Of a stretch of 64,000 bases of DNA, positions 29,268-44,465 are shown piece after piece (the stretch's first letter is position 1; each line of letters starts with the position of its first letter). The notes beneath the pieces are model-generated. The model ran no database searches, was not told the DNA's origin, and saw only the letters and a program-made list of their open reading frames with translations. A program made the translations under genes and the position numbers. The stretch spans positions 3,136,001-3,200,000 of the forward strand of contig CM000153.2 in the NCBI GenBank assembly GCA_000004695.1, in the 5' to 3' direction. This DNA is from Dictyostelium discoideum (lineage: Eukaryota).

Positions 29268-30362
29268 TTATTGAGCACATGATACTAATTCGACATCAAA
29301 GATTAAAGTAGCATTTGGTGGAATTGATGGTGGGGCACCAGATCTACCATAGGCTAAATCAGCTGGAATTGTTAATCTTCTCTTTCCACCAACTTTCATT
29401 GAGGCAACACCGATATCCCAACCCCTGATGACTTCTCTGATACCAATACGGAAAGTGAATGGAGTACGAAGGGAGGAATCAAAAGTTTTACCATTAGTAA
29501 GTTTACCAATGTATTTGACACCAACCTTTTTACCGCTCTTTGGTGATGGACCAGAACCAACGACTAAATCTTCATATTGTAAACCACTTGGTAATGTGAC
29601 AACTGATGAAGTTGGTTTCTTCTTTTCAACAACAGCAGCTTCAACTGGTTTAGTTGGAGTGACTGGTTTGGTTGGAGTGACTGGTTTAGCAGCTGGTTTA
29701 GCTGGTGTAGTTTGTTTAGTTGGAGTGGTGGTAGTGGTAGTGGTGGTGGTGGTAGTGGCAGCAGTTGGTTTAGCAGCTTGAGCAGTTGGTTTGACTGGAG
29801 TAACTTGTTTTACTGGCTCTTCTTGTTTTGGTTTTTTTTGTTGTTTATTTTTGTCGGCTTCAATTTGAGCTTTTCTCTTTAAAGCTTGTTCTAAAATTTG
29901 TCTTTCTAATTCTTTATTAATTTCATCATCTTCTTCATCGTCTTCTTCTTCTTCATCTTCATCTTCTTCATCTTCATCTTCTTCATCTTCATCTTCGTCT
30001 TCACCTTCCATTTCTTCATCTTCACCTTCTTCACCTTCTTCTTCTTCATTATCTTCATCTTCACCATGTTCATCATCACCAAACATTGAATCAACAAAAT
30101 AACCAGTTAAACAGATAGTGTTATTACCACTGACAGAGAATTCAACTTCTTTACCTTCTTCAAAATTGGTATCTAAAACACTGTGTTCAGTTGCATTTAA
30201 TTTTAATGAACAAAGACTGTATGTTTTGCCATCATATTTAACTTGTAATACATTACGACCAGTATCTTTGGCAACAGCTGATAAACATGCTGTTGTAATG
30301 TGAAGGTCAAAAGCTGGTGTAAATTTAACTGGAACTTTACTAATTTCAATACCCCAAAACAT
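29268..30362 (-). CDS. fkbp4: Nucleoplasmin-like FKBP-type peptidyl-prolyl cis-trans isomerase (Fpr3/Fpr4 / FKBP39 class), 364 aa.
   Basis: N-terminal nucleoplasmin-like beta domain ([33 protein letters not shown]...[18 protein letters not shown]). A long D/E acidic tract and a K/A/P/T basic linker follow. The C-terminal FKBP domain is [18 protein letters not shown]...[38 protein letters not shown]...[13 protein letters not shown]. Confidence 0.88.
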   Translation of the reverse strand: MFWGIEISKVPVKFTPAFDLHITTACLSAVAKDTGRNVLQVKYDGKTYSLCSLKLNATEHSVLDTNFEEGKEVEFSVSGNNTICLTGYFVDSMFGDDEHGEDEDNEEEEGEEGEDEEMEGEDEDEDEEDEDEEDEDEEEEDDEEDDEINKELERQILEQALKRKAQIEADKNKQQKKPKQEEPVKQVTPVKPTAQAAKPTAATTTTTTTTTTTPTKQTTPAKPAAKPVTPTKPVTPTKPVEAAVVEKKKPTSSVVTLPSGLQYEDLVVGSGPSPKSGKKVGVKYIGKLTNGKTFDSSLRTPFTFRIGIREVIRGWDIGVASMKVGGKRRLTIPADLAYGRSGAPPSIPPNATLIFDVELVSCAQ

Positions 30363-30702
30363 TTTTTTTAGATATATATATATATAAATTTGGTGTGGTG
30401 ATGTTTTCGGAAAAGAAAAAAAATTAAAAAGATAAAAAAAAAAAAAAAAAATTCATGAAAAAAAAAAAAAAAAAATATAAAAAAAAAAAAAATTAAATAA
30501 AATTAAAAACCGCGGGAAAATAAATAAAAAAAATTAAATTTAGAAAAAAAAAAAAAAAAAACGAAACCTTTCCAACCGAATTAAAACTATCATCTTTAAA
30601 TTTAAAAGGGTTTACCAATTTAATTTATTCAGTTTAATTTTGGGTTTGGTTTTTTTTTTTTTTTTTTTTTTCAAGTATTAGATAAAATATTTAAATAATA
30701 AA

Positions 30703-30736
<34 letters not shown>

Positions 30737-30878
30737 CATATATTTATCAGTAAAGATTTTATTTTATTTTGTTTTGTTTTATTTATTTTTATAGTTTACA
30801 AATATAATAATGATTTATTATTATTATTTTTTTTTTTTTTTCCAGTTTTTTTTTTTTTTTTAAACTCTCATAAGAGTC

Positions 30879-31823
30879 TTAGTGAATGACATGATATCCG
30901 AATTTACGAGTGTGTAAGATGGAAGAAGTCAAGAAAATAGTAATAAATGAGACAATTGCAGCTGCAAGTGAGCAATACCAACCCTAAATTTAATTAAAAA
31001 AAAAAAATATATATATGTTAGTGTTGGTGTTTTTTTTTTTTTAAAAAAAAAAAAAAAAACTATTAATACTTACGATGGATGGACCCCAAGAAAAGAGGGA
31101 ATCACTTCCTTTGAATTTACTACAGATACCAGAATCAAGAATACTTTTCTCCATTGAAAATGGTAATGAAAGACCATCAGTGGCATCTTCACAGAGTGCT
31201 TTGTTTAATCTTAATAATAATAAAGTTGAAAGTACATTGAAAATACATAACAAGATTGACATAACAAATAATGCCTTTCTACCTTTTTTATGAACACGTT
31301 TGAATAATGCAACTAATGTAATTAAAAGCATAATACAAGCCTGAAAATAGAAATTGGAATTTTTTTTTTTTTTTTTTTTTTTATTTTTTTTTTTAATTAT
31401 TATATTTTAAAAAGGGATTAATAATAAGTTAGTTTAATTTTTATATTTAAATTTATATTTTTAATTAAAATTTTAATGGTCCAATTGATTCAGATTTTTT
31501 TTTTTTTTTTTTTTTTTTGTCGGAGATATTTTTTATTTTTTTTATTTTTTTTATATTTAACTTACAAATGCAAAAGATACAACTACAAAGGCAAAACAAG
31601 TGTAAAGAGTATTTTCAGTTTTTGAGTTTGTATTCCAATCAATATTTTTACCTCCTTCTCCCATTAATCCACCTCTATTGATACCAAAAGTTATAGAGGA
31701 TGCTAAACTGAATGTGAATTGATACCAATTGGTATCTGGTAAGAATGAATAAACATTTAAACCAATGACTGCTCCTAAAAAGAGAATTGTAACGACTCCA
31801 ACAATTATATTATGTTTTGACAT
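30879..31823 (-). CDS. Small tetraspan (4-TM) membrane protein, about 209 aa. Three exons: 31566..31823 (ATG at 31823), about 31075..31341, and 30879..30983. Introns have GTAAGT donors with TTTTCAG / TTTAG acceptors.
   Basis: Exon 1 encodes MSKHNIIVGVVTILFLGAVIGLNVYSF...LYTCFAFVVVSFAF. Exon 2 encodes ACIMLLITLVALFKRVHKKGRKALFVMSILLCIFNVLSTLLLLRL...SWGPSI. Exon 3 encodes GWYCSLAAAIVSFITIFLTSSILHTRKFGYHVIH*. There are four hydrophobic helices; the topology is MARVEL/CASP-like, but the family assignment is tentative. The exon-2 lower boundary may be off by one. Confidence 0.6.
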
Positions 31824-32394
31824 TTTTATTTATCTCACCTGCGCGCTAATTATTTGTGTGTATCAGTGAAAATTTGTGTGTGAATAAAAATAATATATTG
31901 TGTTTAAAAAAAAAAAATCTTTTTTTAAATTTTTATTTTTATTTTTTTTTTTTGAAAATAAAAAAAAATTTATTTAAATTTATTTATTTATTTAATTATT
32001 TATTTAATTATAAATAATTTATTTATTATATGAATGTTGATTTATATAGGAAAAGAAAAAAAATTAAAAAAAAATGAAAATAAGAAAAGGTTTTTGAAAA
32101 AAAAAAAAAAAAAAAAAAAAATTAAAAAATTAAATAAAAATAATAAAATTGTTATGGTTTTTTTTTTTAGTCTTTTGGGTCTTAATAAAAAAAATTCAAA
32201 TAAAATTTTTTTTTTATATTTTAATTTTTTAAAAAAAGATATTTTTTGACAGATTTTTCTTTTCCATATTAATTTTTTTTATTTTTTATTTTAATTTTTT
32301 TTCGTACAATTTTTTAAAAATCCAATCAACATTGTTGGTGTTTAACTCAATTTTTCATTTTATTTTATTATTTATTATTTTTTTTATTGTTTTT

Positions 32395-32645
32395 TTATTT
32401 TTATTATTTTTTTTTTTTTTTTTTTTTTTAATTTATTAAAAATTGAAGTAATACAGAATTTTTAAGTTCTACCATATAATTGAGTACCATTATATTTCTT
32501 TAAGGCAGCCATTTCACCGTTTTGTCTTGAATAGATGACCTAACCAGTACCATCACTTCTACCACTATTGTCATAATGAATTTTAATTTGTTTAATTTAA
32601 ATAATTGTAAACTTTTTCAATGTGGTCCATTAAATTACAATATAT

Positions 32646-32650
<5 letters not shown>
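32395..32650 (-). pseudogene. Truncated, decayed duplicate of the 3' end of the Aly/REF gene at 33327..34469. It covers the second half of the RRM plus the poly-T/aatttattaaaaatt flank, has internal deletions, and carries an in-frame stop.
   Basis: Positions 32461..32600 are about 90% identical to 33371..33510. Both copies share the flanking ttttt...aatttattaaaaatt. The copy lacks about 110 nt that the gene has (33511..33600 and 33346..33365). On the minus strand it reads ..IHYDNSGRSDGTG-stop (TAT to TAG). Confidence 0.6.
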
Positions 32651-32676
<26 letters not shown>

Positions 32677-32774
32677 TTATTTTAAAATGTGATAAAAATT
32701 TATTGATTAATTTATTGAATTATCATTATTATTATTATTATTGTTTTTTTATTATTTGTGGGTCTTTATTATTA

Positions 32775-32812
<38 letters not shown>

Positions 32813-33294
32813 AACTAATATCCAACAATACTATATGGTTTGTGAAGTGGATATTTTTTTTTTTTTTTTTGTTATTTGGATTATTATTATTATTACTATT
32901 TGGTTAATACTTGAGTTATAAGTTTGGACAAAAATAAAAATAAAAAATAAAAAAAATAAAAAAAGAAATAATAAAAAAAAAAGAAAAGAACAATTATTAT
33001 TTTAAAAAAAAAATAAGATTGATAGTATTTTGTTATAAATTTGGTAAATGTAATAATTATTATTATCATTACAATGATTATAATAAATAAATATTTTTTA
33101 TTTTTAGGGAAATTTTTTTCGAAATTTAGCTTTCTTACCCCTCTCTTTCCACACCAAAATACACTGCATATACATAGTTTTAAAATACAATAAAATTTTT
33201 TTTTTTTTTTTTTAATTATTTGGAATAAATCCAAAAAAATAAAAAAACCAATTTTAAAAAGTTATTTACTTTCAAGTTTTCTCCAAATTTTTTA

Positions 33295-33326
<32 letters not shown>

Positions 33327-34469
33327 TTAAAAATTCTTTCTTACATCCTCTTGTAAAGATGGTCCAGTTGTAATTTTTAAAGTTCTACCATCTAATTGAG
33401 CACCATTGTATTTCTTTAAGGCAGCCATTGCATCATTGTGTCTTGAATAGATGACATAACCAGTACCATCACTTCTACCACTATGATCATAATGAATTTT
33501 AATTTGTTTAATTTCACCTAAAGAATCGAATAAAACCTTGAGATCAGCTTCACTAATAGCATGATGAAGGTTTGAAATATTTAATCTTGAACCTGTAAAT
33601 AATTGTAAACTTTTTCCTGTTGGTCCATTATAGCCACCACCACCACTATTACGTCTTTCAAATAGAGTTGGACCACTACCAGTTGAGTGATCACTATCAT
33701 ATGAATTACGACGAATATTAATTCTACTACCACCACTGCCACTACTACCATTATCAACACTATATCTACTACTAATACTTCTACCACCACTACTGATACG
33801 ACTATCAAAATTATTTCTACTTGATCTAATTATTGGTCTTGATAATGATGAATTTCTATCTACAGTTTTTGTAATTCTAATTCTTGGTAAATTATTATTA
33901 TCAAATCTTGATGGAGTATCTTGTCTTTCTCTTACCTCTTTTTTAGTTGTTGTTGTATTGTTTTGAATTGTAATCTTTAATGGTGGTGGTGCTGATGATG
34001 ATGATGATGATGATGATGTGGTAGTAGTGGTTGTGGTTGTATTATGAGATCTAACTGGTATCCTTCTTAATGGTTTTGTACTACCACTGCCACCACCACC
34101 ACTACTACCACCACCACCACCATTTATTGATGTTGTATCTAATCTAGCTGTAAATTTAACTGGTGATGACTCATTCTTTTTATTATTATTTTATTATTAT
34201 TATTATTTTGGTTATTTATTTATTTTTTTAAAAAAGTGATAAATAATTTATTGATTAATTGATTGACTTTTTTTTTTTTTTTATTATTATTATTTTATTT
34301 ATTTATTTTTTTTTTTTTTTTATGATTATTTTACCTTAAAATTATTTCTAATATTTATTCTTCTTTGAAAAGTTTTTGGGGAATCTGTATTATTAAATCT
34401 ACGGGCTCTACCACCACTTTGGCTTGATTTATTATTTTTTATATATTGATCAAGTGAAATATCCTCCAT
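33327..34469 (-). CDS. thoc4: Aly/REF RNA export factor (THO complex subunit 4), about 327 aa. Two exons: 34335..34469 (ATG at 34469) and 33327..34175. Intron 34176..34334 has donor GTAAAA and acceptor AAAAAG.
   Basis: The N-terminal UAP56-binding motif MEDISLDQYIKNNKSSQSGGRARRF matches Aly MSLDDIIKLNR..GGRG. A Gly/Arg/Ser low-complexity region follows. The RRM is LQLFTGSRLNISNLHHAISEADLKVLFDSLGEIKQIKIHYDHSGRSDGTGYVIYSRHNDAMAALKKYNGAQLDGRTLKI (Aly/REF ..[71 protein letters not shown]). Exon 2 contains no start codon in frame, so it is absent from the ORF track. The protein ends ..QEDVRKNF*; a possible GTAAGA donor before the stop and a further C-terminal exon cannot be excluded. Confidence 0.8.
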
Positions 34470-34603
34470 TTTTTATTTTATCTTATTTTTTTTTATTTTT
34501 GTTATATATATAAATATTAAATAAATAATGTATAGGAAAGAAATAAAAAGTTAATGAAAAATTCAAAGGTGAACAAAATTAATTGAAAATAAAATTAAAA
34601 AAA

Positions 34604-34636
<33 letters not shown>

Positions 34637-34835
34637 AAAATTGAAAATTGAAAAAAAAAAAAAAAAAAAAAAAAAATTAAAATTTAAAAATAACTTTTTT
34701 TTTTTATTTCTTCCCAAAAGGGAAGATCAAAACTTTGATTTGATTTTTTAAAATCTTTTTTTATTTTTATTTTTATTCTTTATTTGTATTTTATTTTTAG
34801 TTTTATTTATTTTTTTTTTTTTTTTTTTTTTTTTT

Positions 34836-35882
34836 CTATTCTTCCATTTCCTTATCTTCCATTTCTTCAGAGGTTGTTGTTGTTGGGTTTGTTTCGACAT
34901 TTGATTCTTCAGTTGTAGCGGTAGTAGTGGTAGAGGTAGTAGAAGTGGTAGTAGTAGTTGTAGTTGGTGGTGAAGTTTGTTTTGGTGGATTTTCAGCTTC
35001 ATATAAGATTAAGAGTGAACCATCAAGTTCTACACCACTATATCTTTCAATTGAAGCCAAAGCATGAGTTTTCTTTTTAAATATAACGGTAGCAGTTGAA
35101 TTGTTTGTATCCAATTCAAAATCTTTTAAGGAACCAATAACACCAAACATATAAGCAATATCGGAAGGTATAATACTTTTTGGTAAATTTACAACCTTTA
35201 CACTAAAACTGAGTTCATTACCTTTTTCATCATATTCCAATTCATCGGCATCATCAGCATTATTGCTATTATTGTTACCATTGGTGGTATTATCTTTAGT
35301 ATTATCGTTCATTGATGCAGTTGTAGGCTTTTTCACTTGACTATAGTCTCTAATACCTCTTGGATCGAAAAATTTATGATCTATACTATCTGTAATCGAT
35401 GTTCTTGGTATATTCTTTAATCTACTATTGTTATGATATTGTGGGTACTTTTTAATATAATTTGGTGATACATTGTTTTTATTAAATCTATTATTACTAT
35501 TTACAAATTGTTGTTGTTGTTGTGGTTGATTTCTATTAAATAACCCTCTATTTTGGAATTGTGGGCTACCATGTGGTTGATTATATTTATTATTATTGTA
35601 GTTGTTGTTGTTATTGATTGTAACTTTAAATTGTTGATGTTGGTGTTGTTGATTTTGTGATTTTTTAATATATGGTTTCTTTTGTGACTTAACAATATCA
35701 TCGAGTGATGTCTCTAATACATTTAATTTTGGTGAGGTAGATGATTCTTTGGTTGTTGTAGTTGGTTTATCACCCCCTTTATTGAATGATCCTCTTCCCT
35801 TTTTTGCTGCCCTATTTGCTTTAACTATATCATCCAAACTAACAGACATATACTGATTTTTAATTTGTTCAGAGTCTTGCAT
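34836..35882 (-). CDS. Second Aly/REF-family protein, 348 aa, with two N-terminal UAP56-binding-type motifs and a C-terminal RRM-like domain. It lies in tandem immediately upstream of the Aly/REF gene.
   Basis: MSVSLDDIVKANRAAKKGRG and LETSLDDIVKSQKK are both Aly/UIF-type UBMs. Asn/Gln low-complexity sequence follows. The C-terminal segment LSFSVKVVNLPKSIIPSDIAYMFGVIGSLKDFELDTNNSTATVIFKKKTHALASIERYSGVELDGSLLILYEA is RRM-like, with a YNGV.LDG-type ending. An acidic T-rich tail follows. Confidence 0.7.
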   Translation of the reverse strand: MQDSEQIKNQYMSVSLDDIVKANRAAKKGRGSFNKGGDKPTTTTKESSTSPKLNVLETSLDDIVKSQKKPYIKKSQNQQHQHQQFKVTINNNNNYNNNKYNQPHGSPQFQNRGLFNRNQPQQQQQFVNSNNRFNKNNVSPNYIKKYPQYHNNSRLKNIPRTSITDSIDHKFFDPRGIRDYSQVKKPTTASMNDNTKDNTTNGNNNSNNADDADELEYDEKGNELSFSVKVVNLPKSIIPSDIAYMFGVIGSLKDFELDTNNSTATVIFKKKTHALASIERYSGVELDGSLLILYEAENPPKQTSPPTTTTTTTSTTSTTTTATTEESNVETNPTTTTSEEMEDKEMEE

Positions 35883-37379
35883 TATTTAATATTATAAATA
35901 TATAAAAAAAAATTAAAAAATTATAAAAAAAAAAAATGAAAAAAAAAAAAAATGAAAAAAAAGTTAATTTGAAAAAATTTAAAAAAAAAAAAAAAAATAA
36001 AAATAAAAATAAAAAACAAAAAAAAAGATTTGGAAATTCATTTAAATGGATTAATTTTAACTATATATTATTATTATTATTTTTTTTTTTTTATTTTTTT
36101 TATTTTTTTTTATTTTTTTTTATTCTTTTTTATTCTTTTTTTTAAAAAAAAATTGTTGTATAATAGATTTTATATATAATCATTCAATTTTTCCATTTAT
36201 ATATAATCTTTAATAATAGATTATATATAAAAGGATAATAATTTATCTTTTTTAATTTTTTTATTTGGAACAAGTGATTTTTTTTCAATGTTTGTTTTTT
36301 TTAATCATTTTTTTTTTTAGCCATCTTTTTTTTTAGTTTTATTTTTTTTTTTTTGGAATAAGCGATTTTTTTTTTTTTCCCGATTGATGAGTTGTAATTA
36401 AAGTATGAAAATAAATTTCTTTTTTGCTTTTTATTTTTTTTTATTTTTTTTTTTTATTTTTTTTTTTTTTTTGAAAAATGTGGTAAATAAAATTTCAATG
36501 TGACAAATAAAATTTTTCGATTTCTTTTGACACCATTAATCGTTATGGCTTTGGAATCATTTGCACCACGTTGGAATTTTTTTTTTTTTTTTTTTTTTTA
36601 TTTTTTTTTTTTTTTTAAATTTTTTTTTACCAGTAGAACAAGTCGTTAAATTTTTTTTTTTTTTTTTAATTCATAAAAAAAAAATTAAAAAAAATAAAAA
36701 AAAAAATAAAAAAAAAAAAACAAATCTACACTGGGTTAAATCATTTTTTTTTTATTATTTTCTTTTTTTTTTTTTGTTTTTTTTCTATTTAATTAACCTC
36801 TATTTCAATAAACACCTTTATATTTACCCCCTTTTCTATTTATCTATTTATTTACTTTTTTTTTTTTGTTTTTTTTATCATCATCACCATCATTGTTTTT
36901 TTTATTTATAATTTTGTAATTTTTTAAATTTTAAATTTTTTTTTTTTTTTTCGTGTGTGATATAAACCTTTTTTTTTAATTTTTTTTCATTCATTTTTTT
37001 TTTACATATAAATATAAATAAATAATAATAATAATACACATTACACATTTATTTTAATAAAAGAAAAATAATAAATAAATAAATAAATAAATAAAAAATT
37101 TTTTTAAAAAAAAATTAAATAAAAATTAAATTTGTAATATTAAAAAAAAAAAAAAAAAAATCGAAAAATAATAAGGAAGTAATACCATTTTATTTGAAAA
37201 AAAAAAAAAAAAAAAATCAAATCAAATCAAATCAAATCTTCCATTACTATTATTGGTATCATTACTCTAGTGGGTTTAAATAATTAAATAAATAATCAAT
37301 CTACCAAACAAACAAATAAACAAATAAAATCTAAAAAAAAAAAAAAACCAAATTATACATATATATATATATATCCATC

Positions 37380-38146
37380 ATGGCCGATTTACAAGAAAAT
37401 GAAATGGATTTTGAAAAAATCGTTAGGGAGGTAGAAATTGGTATTAAAGATTTAAGTAAAAATAAAAGAGGTATAGAAGCAAGAGGTGTAAGTATTTTTT
37501 TTTTTTTTTTTTTTTTCTAATTTTTTTATTAATAAATTAATTTTTTTTTTTTTAGGGAGCAGAATTATTAAGAAATAGAATAGGAAGAGCAAAACAAATT
37601 TTAAGATCATATAAATTAGATTTTAGAGAATTAGCTAAAAATGAACAAAAACCCTATCAAGATAAAGCAAATCAATATGAAGAACAAATAAAAACATTAG
37701 AGAATGATTTAAATTGGGCAGAAAAGAATAGTGAAAATGGTGGTGGAGGTGGTGGTAGTGGTGGTAATAATAGTCAATCAATAGATACAGAATATCAAGA
37801 AACAATGCAAAAAGCAAAGAAAATTCAACAACAAGATATAGATACAACACATAGAATTTTATCAGAAGTTGGTCAAATTAATGAAGTTGGTACATCCACT
37901 TTAGAGGAGATGGCAGTTCAAGAGGAACAAATGAAAAGAATTCAAAAAGATATGGAAGAAATTGATGGTAACTTAAAATTAGCAACTAGACAAATGAGAG
38001 CATTCGCTAGAAAAATGGCAACTGATAAACTTATTATGGGTCTTGTACTATTAATTGTTGCTGCTATCATTTTTGTAATCGTTTATTCAATCGTTAAACC
38101 TAAATCTAAAACTGTTCAACAAAATGTTACTGGTTCAACCCAATAA
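37380..38146 (+). CDS. NPSN-type Qb-SNARE (novel plant SNARE family), 232 aa. Two exons: 37380..37487 and 37556..38146; intron 37488..37555 (GTAAGT...TTTAG).
   Basis: The SNARE motif plus TM anchor is AKKIQQQDIDTTHRILSEVGQINEVGTSTLEEMAVQEEQMKRIQKDMEEIDGNLKLATRQMRAFARKMATDKLIMGLVLLIVAAIIFVIVYSIVKP. This is collinear with Arabidopsis NPSN11 (GKKIVQETINVGTDTSAALKAQTDQMSRVVNELDSIHFSLKKASKLVKEIGRQVATDKCIMAFLFLIVIGVIAIIIVKIVNP). The N-terminal coiled coil MADLQENEMDFEKIVREVEIGIKDLSK resembles the NPSN N-terminus. Confidence 0.85.
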
Positions 38147-38563
38147 TAAAATTTTGAATTTTTAAAATAGTAAAAAAAATAAAATAAAATAAAAAAAAAA
38201 AAAATAAAAAAAATACCAATATTGTATTGTATTTGATTATCACTTTATCTTTTTCTTTTTATTTTTAATTTTAATTTATTAAAAAATATAAAAATAGATT
38301 AGGGAAAAAAAAAAAAAAAAAAATGCTGACATTGCACACCCTTTTTTTTTTTTTTTTTCTGTGAATTAATATGCCAAATTTCGATTTCTTGGATTTTTGT
38401 ATTTAAGAAAATGGTTTTTTTTTTTTTTTTTTATTTTTTTTTTTAATTCTTAATTGTATTTAATTACCTTGATATAAATAAATAAAATAAAAAAAAACAA
38501 AACAAAACAAAATTTTATAAATATTTAATACATATATTAAAAAAAAAAAAATAATAAATTTTA

Positions 38564-38738
38564 ATGGCCGATATTATAGAAAATGAAATTGAACTTGATA
38601 AAATAATTAAAGAAGTAGAAAAAAATATTAAAGATTTAAGAAAAAATAAAAAAGATATTGAATCTAGAGGGGTAAGTAATAAGAATAAATTTATTTTTAA
38701 ATAAATTTTTTTTACTAATCAATTTTTTTAAATAAATA

Positions 38739-38773
<35 letters not shown>

Positions 38774-38989
38774 TCCCAAAGGGAGTTGATCTTATAAAAA
38801 ATAAAAAAATTGGGCCAAAACAATTTTTAAAATCTTCCAAAATAATTTAAAAAAATTTCCCAAAACTGAATTGGCAAAGTTTGATTGTAAAGGTTATGGT
38901 TTTTAAAAACCAATTAAAAAATTTAAAAATGGTTTTAATTGGGTTGAAAATATTATGGGTAAAAATGAAAGGGGGAGTAGGGGTACTAG

Positions 38990-39020
<31 letters not shown>

Positions 39021-39377
39021 AAGGGGGGTAATAATAATAATAATAATGGAAATTTTAAAAATGGATATTCCATTTTCAAATGTAATGGAAAAAGCGAAAG
39101 ATAAGAACCAGATTAAAAAATTTCCAATGGAATATTACAAACTGTTATTGAAACTAATAATATTGGTACGACAACATTGGCAGAAATGAATATTCAAGAA
39201 GAACCAATTTATAGAATAAAAAATGATATGGATTTAATTGATAGTAATTTAAAATTAGCCCCAAGACAAATGAGATCCATTGCAAGGAAAATGGCAACTG
39301 ATAAAATTATTTTAGGTTTAATATTATTAATTATTGCTGGGAAAAATGTTGTAATTGTTTATAAAACTTTTAAATAA
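38564..39377 (+). pseudogene. Decayed tandem paralog of the NPSN SNARE gene. Exon 1 (38564..38671) and its GTAAGT intron are intact. The middle of exon 2 has several frameshifts and stops. The SNARE C-terminal half plus TM is still open in one frame (39120..39377).
   Basis: MADIIENEIELDKIIKEVEKNIKDLRKNKKDIESRG is collinear with gene 1 exon 1 and has the same 108-nt length. After the CCAAAG acceptor the reading frame hits TAA within 25 codons; G/C homopolymer indels are visible (gggccaaaac, agggggag, aagggggg, ccccaag). The 3' part reads ETNNIGTTTLAEMNIQEEPIYRIKNDMDLIDSNLKLAPRQMRSIARKMATDKIILGLILLIIAGKNVVIVYKTFK*, homologous to gene 1 (EVGTSTLEEMAVQEEQMKRIQKDMEEIDGNLKLATRQMRAFARKMATDKLIMGLVLLIVAA). 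Confidence 0.65.
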
Positions 39378-39430
39378 ATAAAATTTAAAGTAATCAATCC
39401 AAAGATGATAATAATAATATCCCCCCCTTT

Positions 39431-39470
<40 letters not shown>

Positions 39471-39504
39471 TATTATTTTAATTATTGGATAAATGTAATA
39501 AACA

Positions 39505-42374
<2,870 letters not shown>

Positions 42375-42521
42375 TTTTTATTTTTTATTTTTTATATTTT
42401 TATTTTCTGCTTTTTTGTTTTTATTATTATTGTTTTTATTATTATTAATATTATTATTAATAATGATAATGGGGATATTAGCTGATATAAAAAATTTTGT
42501 ATGCAAAAGTCGAGAGGTGGG

Positions 42522-42571
<50 letters not shown>

Positions 42572-43166
42572 TTTCTATACAAAATAAAAATATTATTAAA
42601 ATAAATAAAAATTTTTTAAAAAAAAAAAAATAATAATAATAAAAATTTATAAATTCGCTTATTTGGGTGATGGATGTTTTTTTTTTTTTTTTTTTTTTTT
42701 CTACTTTCACTTCCAAATTAAAAATCCATTTTATATTTTTTTTATTTTTTTAATATTTTTTTTTTTTTTTTTTTATTTTTTTTTTTTTTTTAAAAAACAC
42801 AACAGCTAAAAATTTTTAATCGAGGATCCTGCAAATTTAAAATTAAAAGATTTCAAAATTATTGTAAAACCATTTTATTTGTAAAATCTTTTTTATTATT
42901 ATTATTTTTTTTTTTTTTTTTTTATTAGTACCTTTTTTTTTTTTATTATTTTATTATTTTTTTTTTATCTAAAAAAAGGACAATTGGAAAAATCAAAAAA
43001 AGTTTATATAAAAATAACACATTGATCTTCTATTTTTTTTTAAATTATTTATTTTTATTATTTATTTGTATTAAAAATAATAATAACCATCTAAATAACA
43101 AGAATGAGCGAAATTATTAGTGTAAAACTTAAATAGATAATTTCAAACATTAGTTTTTTTCAAAGG

Positions 43167-44376
43167 TTATAAAACCTGTCTTTTATTTCCACCTTTATTT
43201 TGTTTTTCTTTTAATTTTTCTTGATATTCAATTTCTTTTGAAGATAATTTCTTTGTTTTCTTTGTATTATTTTTATTTTTATTTGCAATTTCAGTGGATG
43301 ATGCTTTTTTTGAAGTATTTTTATTGATTTTATAAGTTTTTGATTTTGATTTTGATTTTTCATGATCATCTTCATTATCACTATTATCATTATCTTCTTC
43401 TTCTTCGGTATCACTATCAAGATTTAAAAATACAGAGTTTGATTGTTTTGATTTTATTGGTCGAACTATAACTTCTTCATCACTTTCATATTCATCAGTA
43501 CTTTCATCTTTTTTATTATTATTATCACTATCTTCATCTTCATCTTCATCTTCACTATATGCTAATTTTTTAAGATTATTCTTTTTCTTTAATTTCTTAT
43601 TAAACTTTTTTGTTGCTGCAGAGGTGGTTGAAGATGTTGTTGTTGTTGTTGCTGTTGCTGTTGTTGAATTTGTTTTTTTATTTGAATTATCAATTTGATT
43701 ATTTATTGAGTCTTTATTTTCATTAATATTTGAATAAAGATTAGATAAACCACTAGTGATATATTGTTCTTTTGTGAAACCAGGAGGTGGCCAAGAGATT
43801 ACAATATTACCATCAACACAATCCTTTAAGATTTCTAAACCAGCACGATGTGGATCAGGTCTACCAGATTTTGCATAAACATAACCTCTTTTCAAAGCAA
43901 ATGCTTCACAAATTGAATAAGAACTCCAAGGTTGGTTCTCCTCATCTGGTGGCTTTGATAATTTATAAATTTGTTCAATTGGAACACGTTCAGCCAAATA
44001 TTGAATCGCAGAGAATGGTTCACGAACTTGAGCAATTGGGAATAGACCACACAATATTTGTAATTGTTTTGGTCTATCCAATGCAGGAAATACCAAACCT
44101 GGACAATCCAATAACTGAATATTCTTTGTGAAAACAATAGTTTGAAAATGTTTAGTATGACCTGGTGTTCTACTCGTACTAACAACTTTCTTACCCATCA
44201 TACCATTAATTAATGACGATTTACCAACATTTGGATGACCAACCATACCAATTATAATTTTATCATTATCATTATTATTTTGATTATTTTCTTCTTCTTC
44301 TTCTTCTTTTTCTTCTTCACCATCCTCATCATCATCATCCTCATCACTATCTTCATCACTACCTTCATCAGAATGA

Positions 44377-44465
<89 letters not shown>

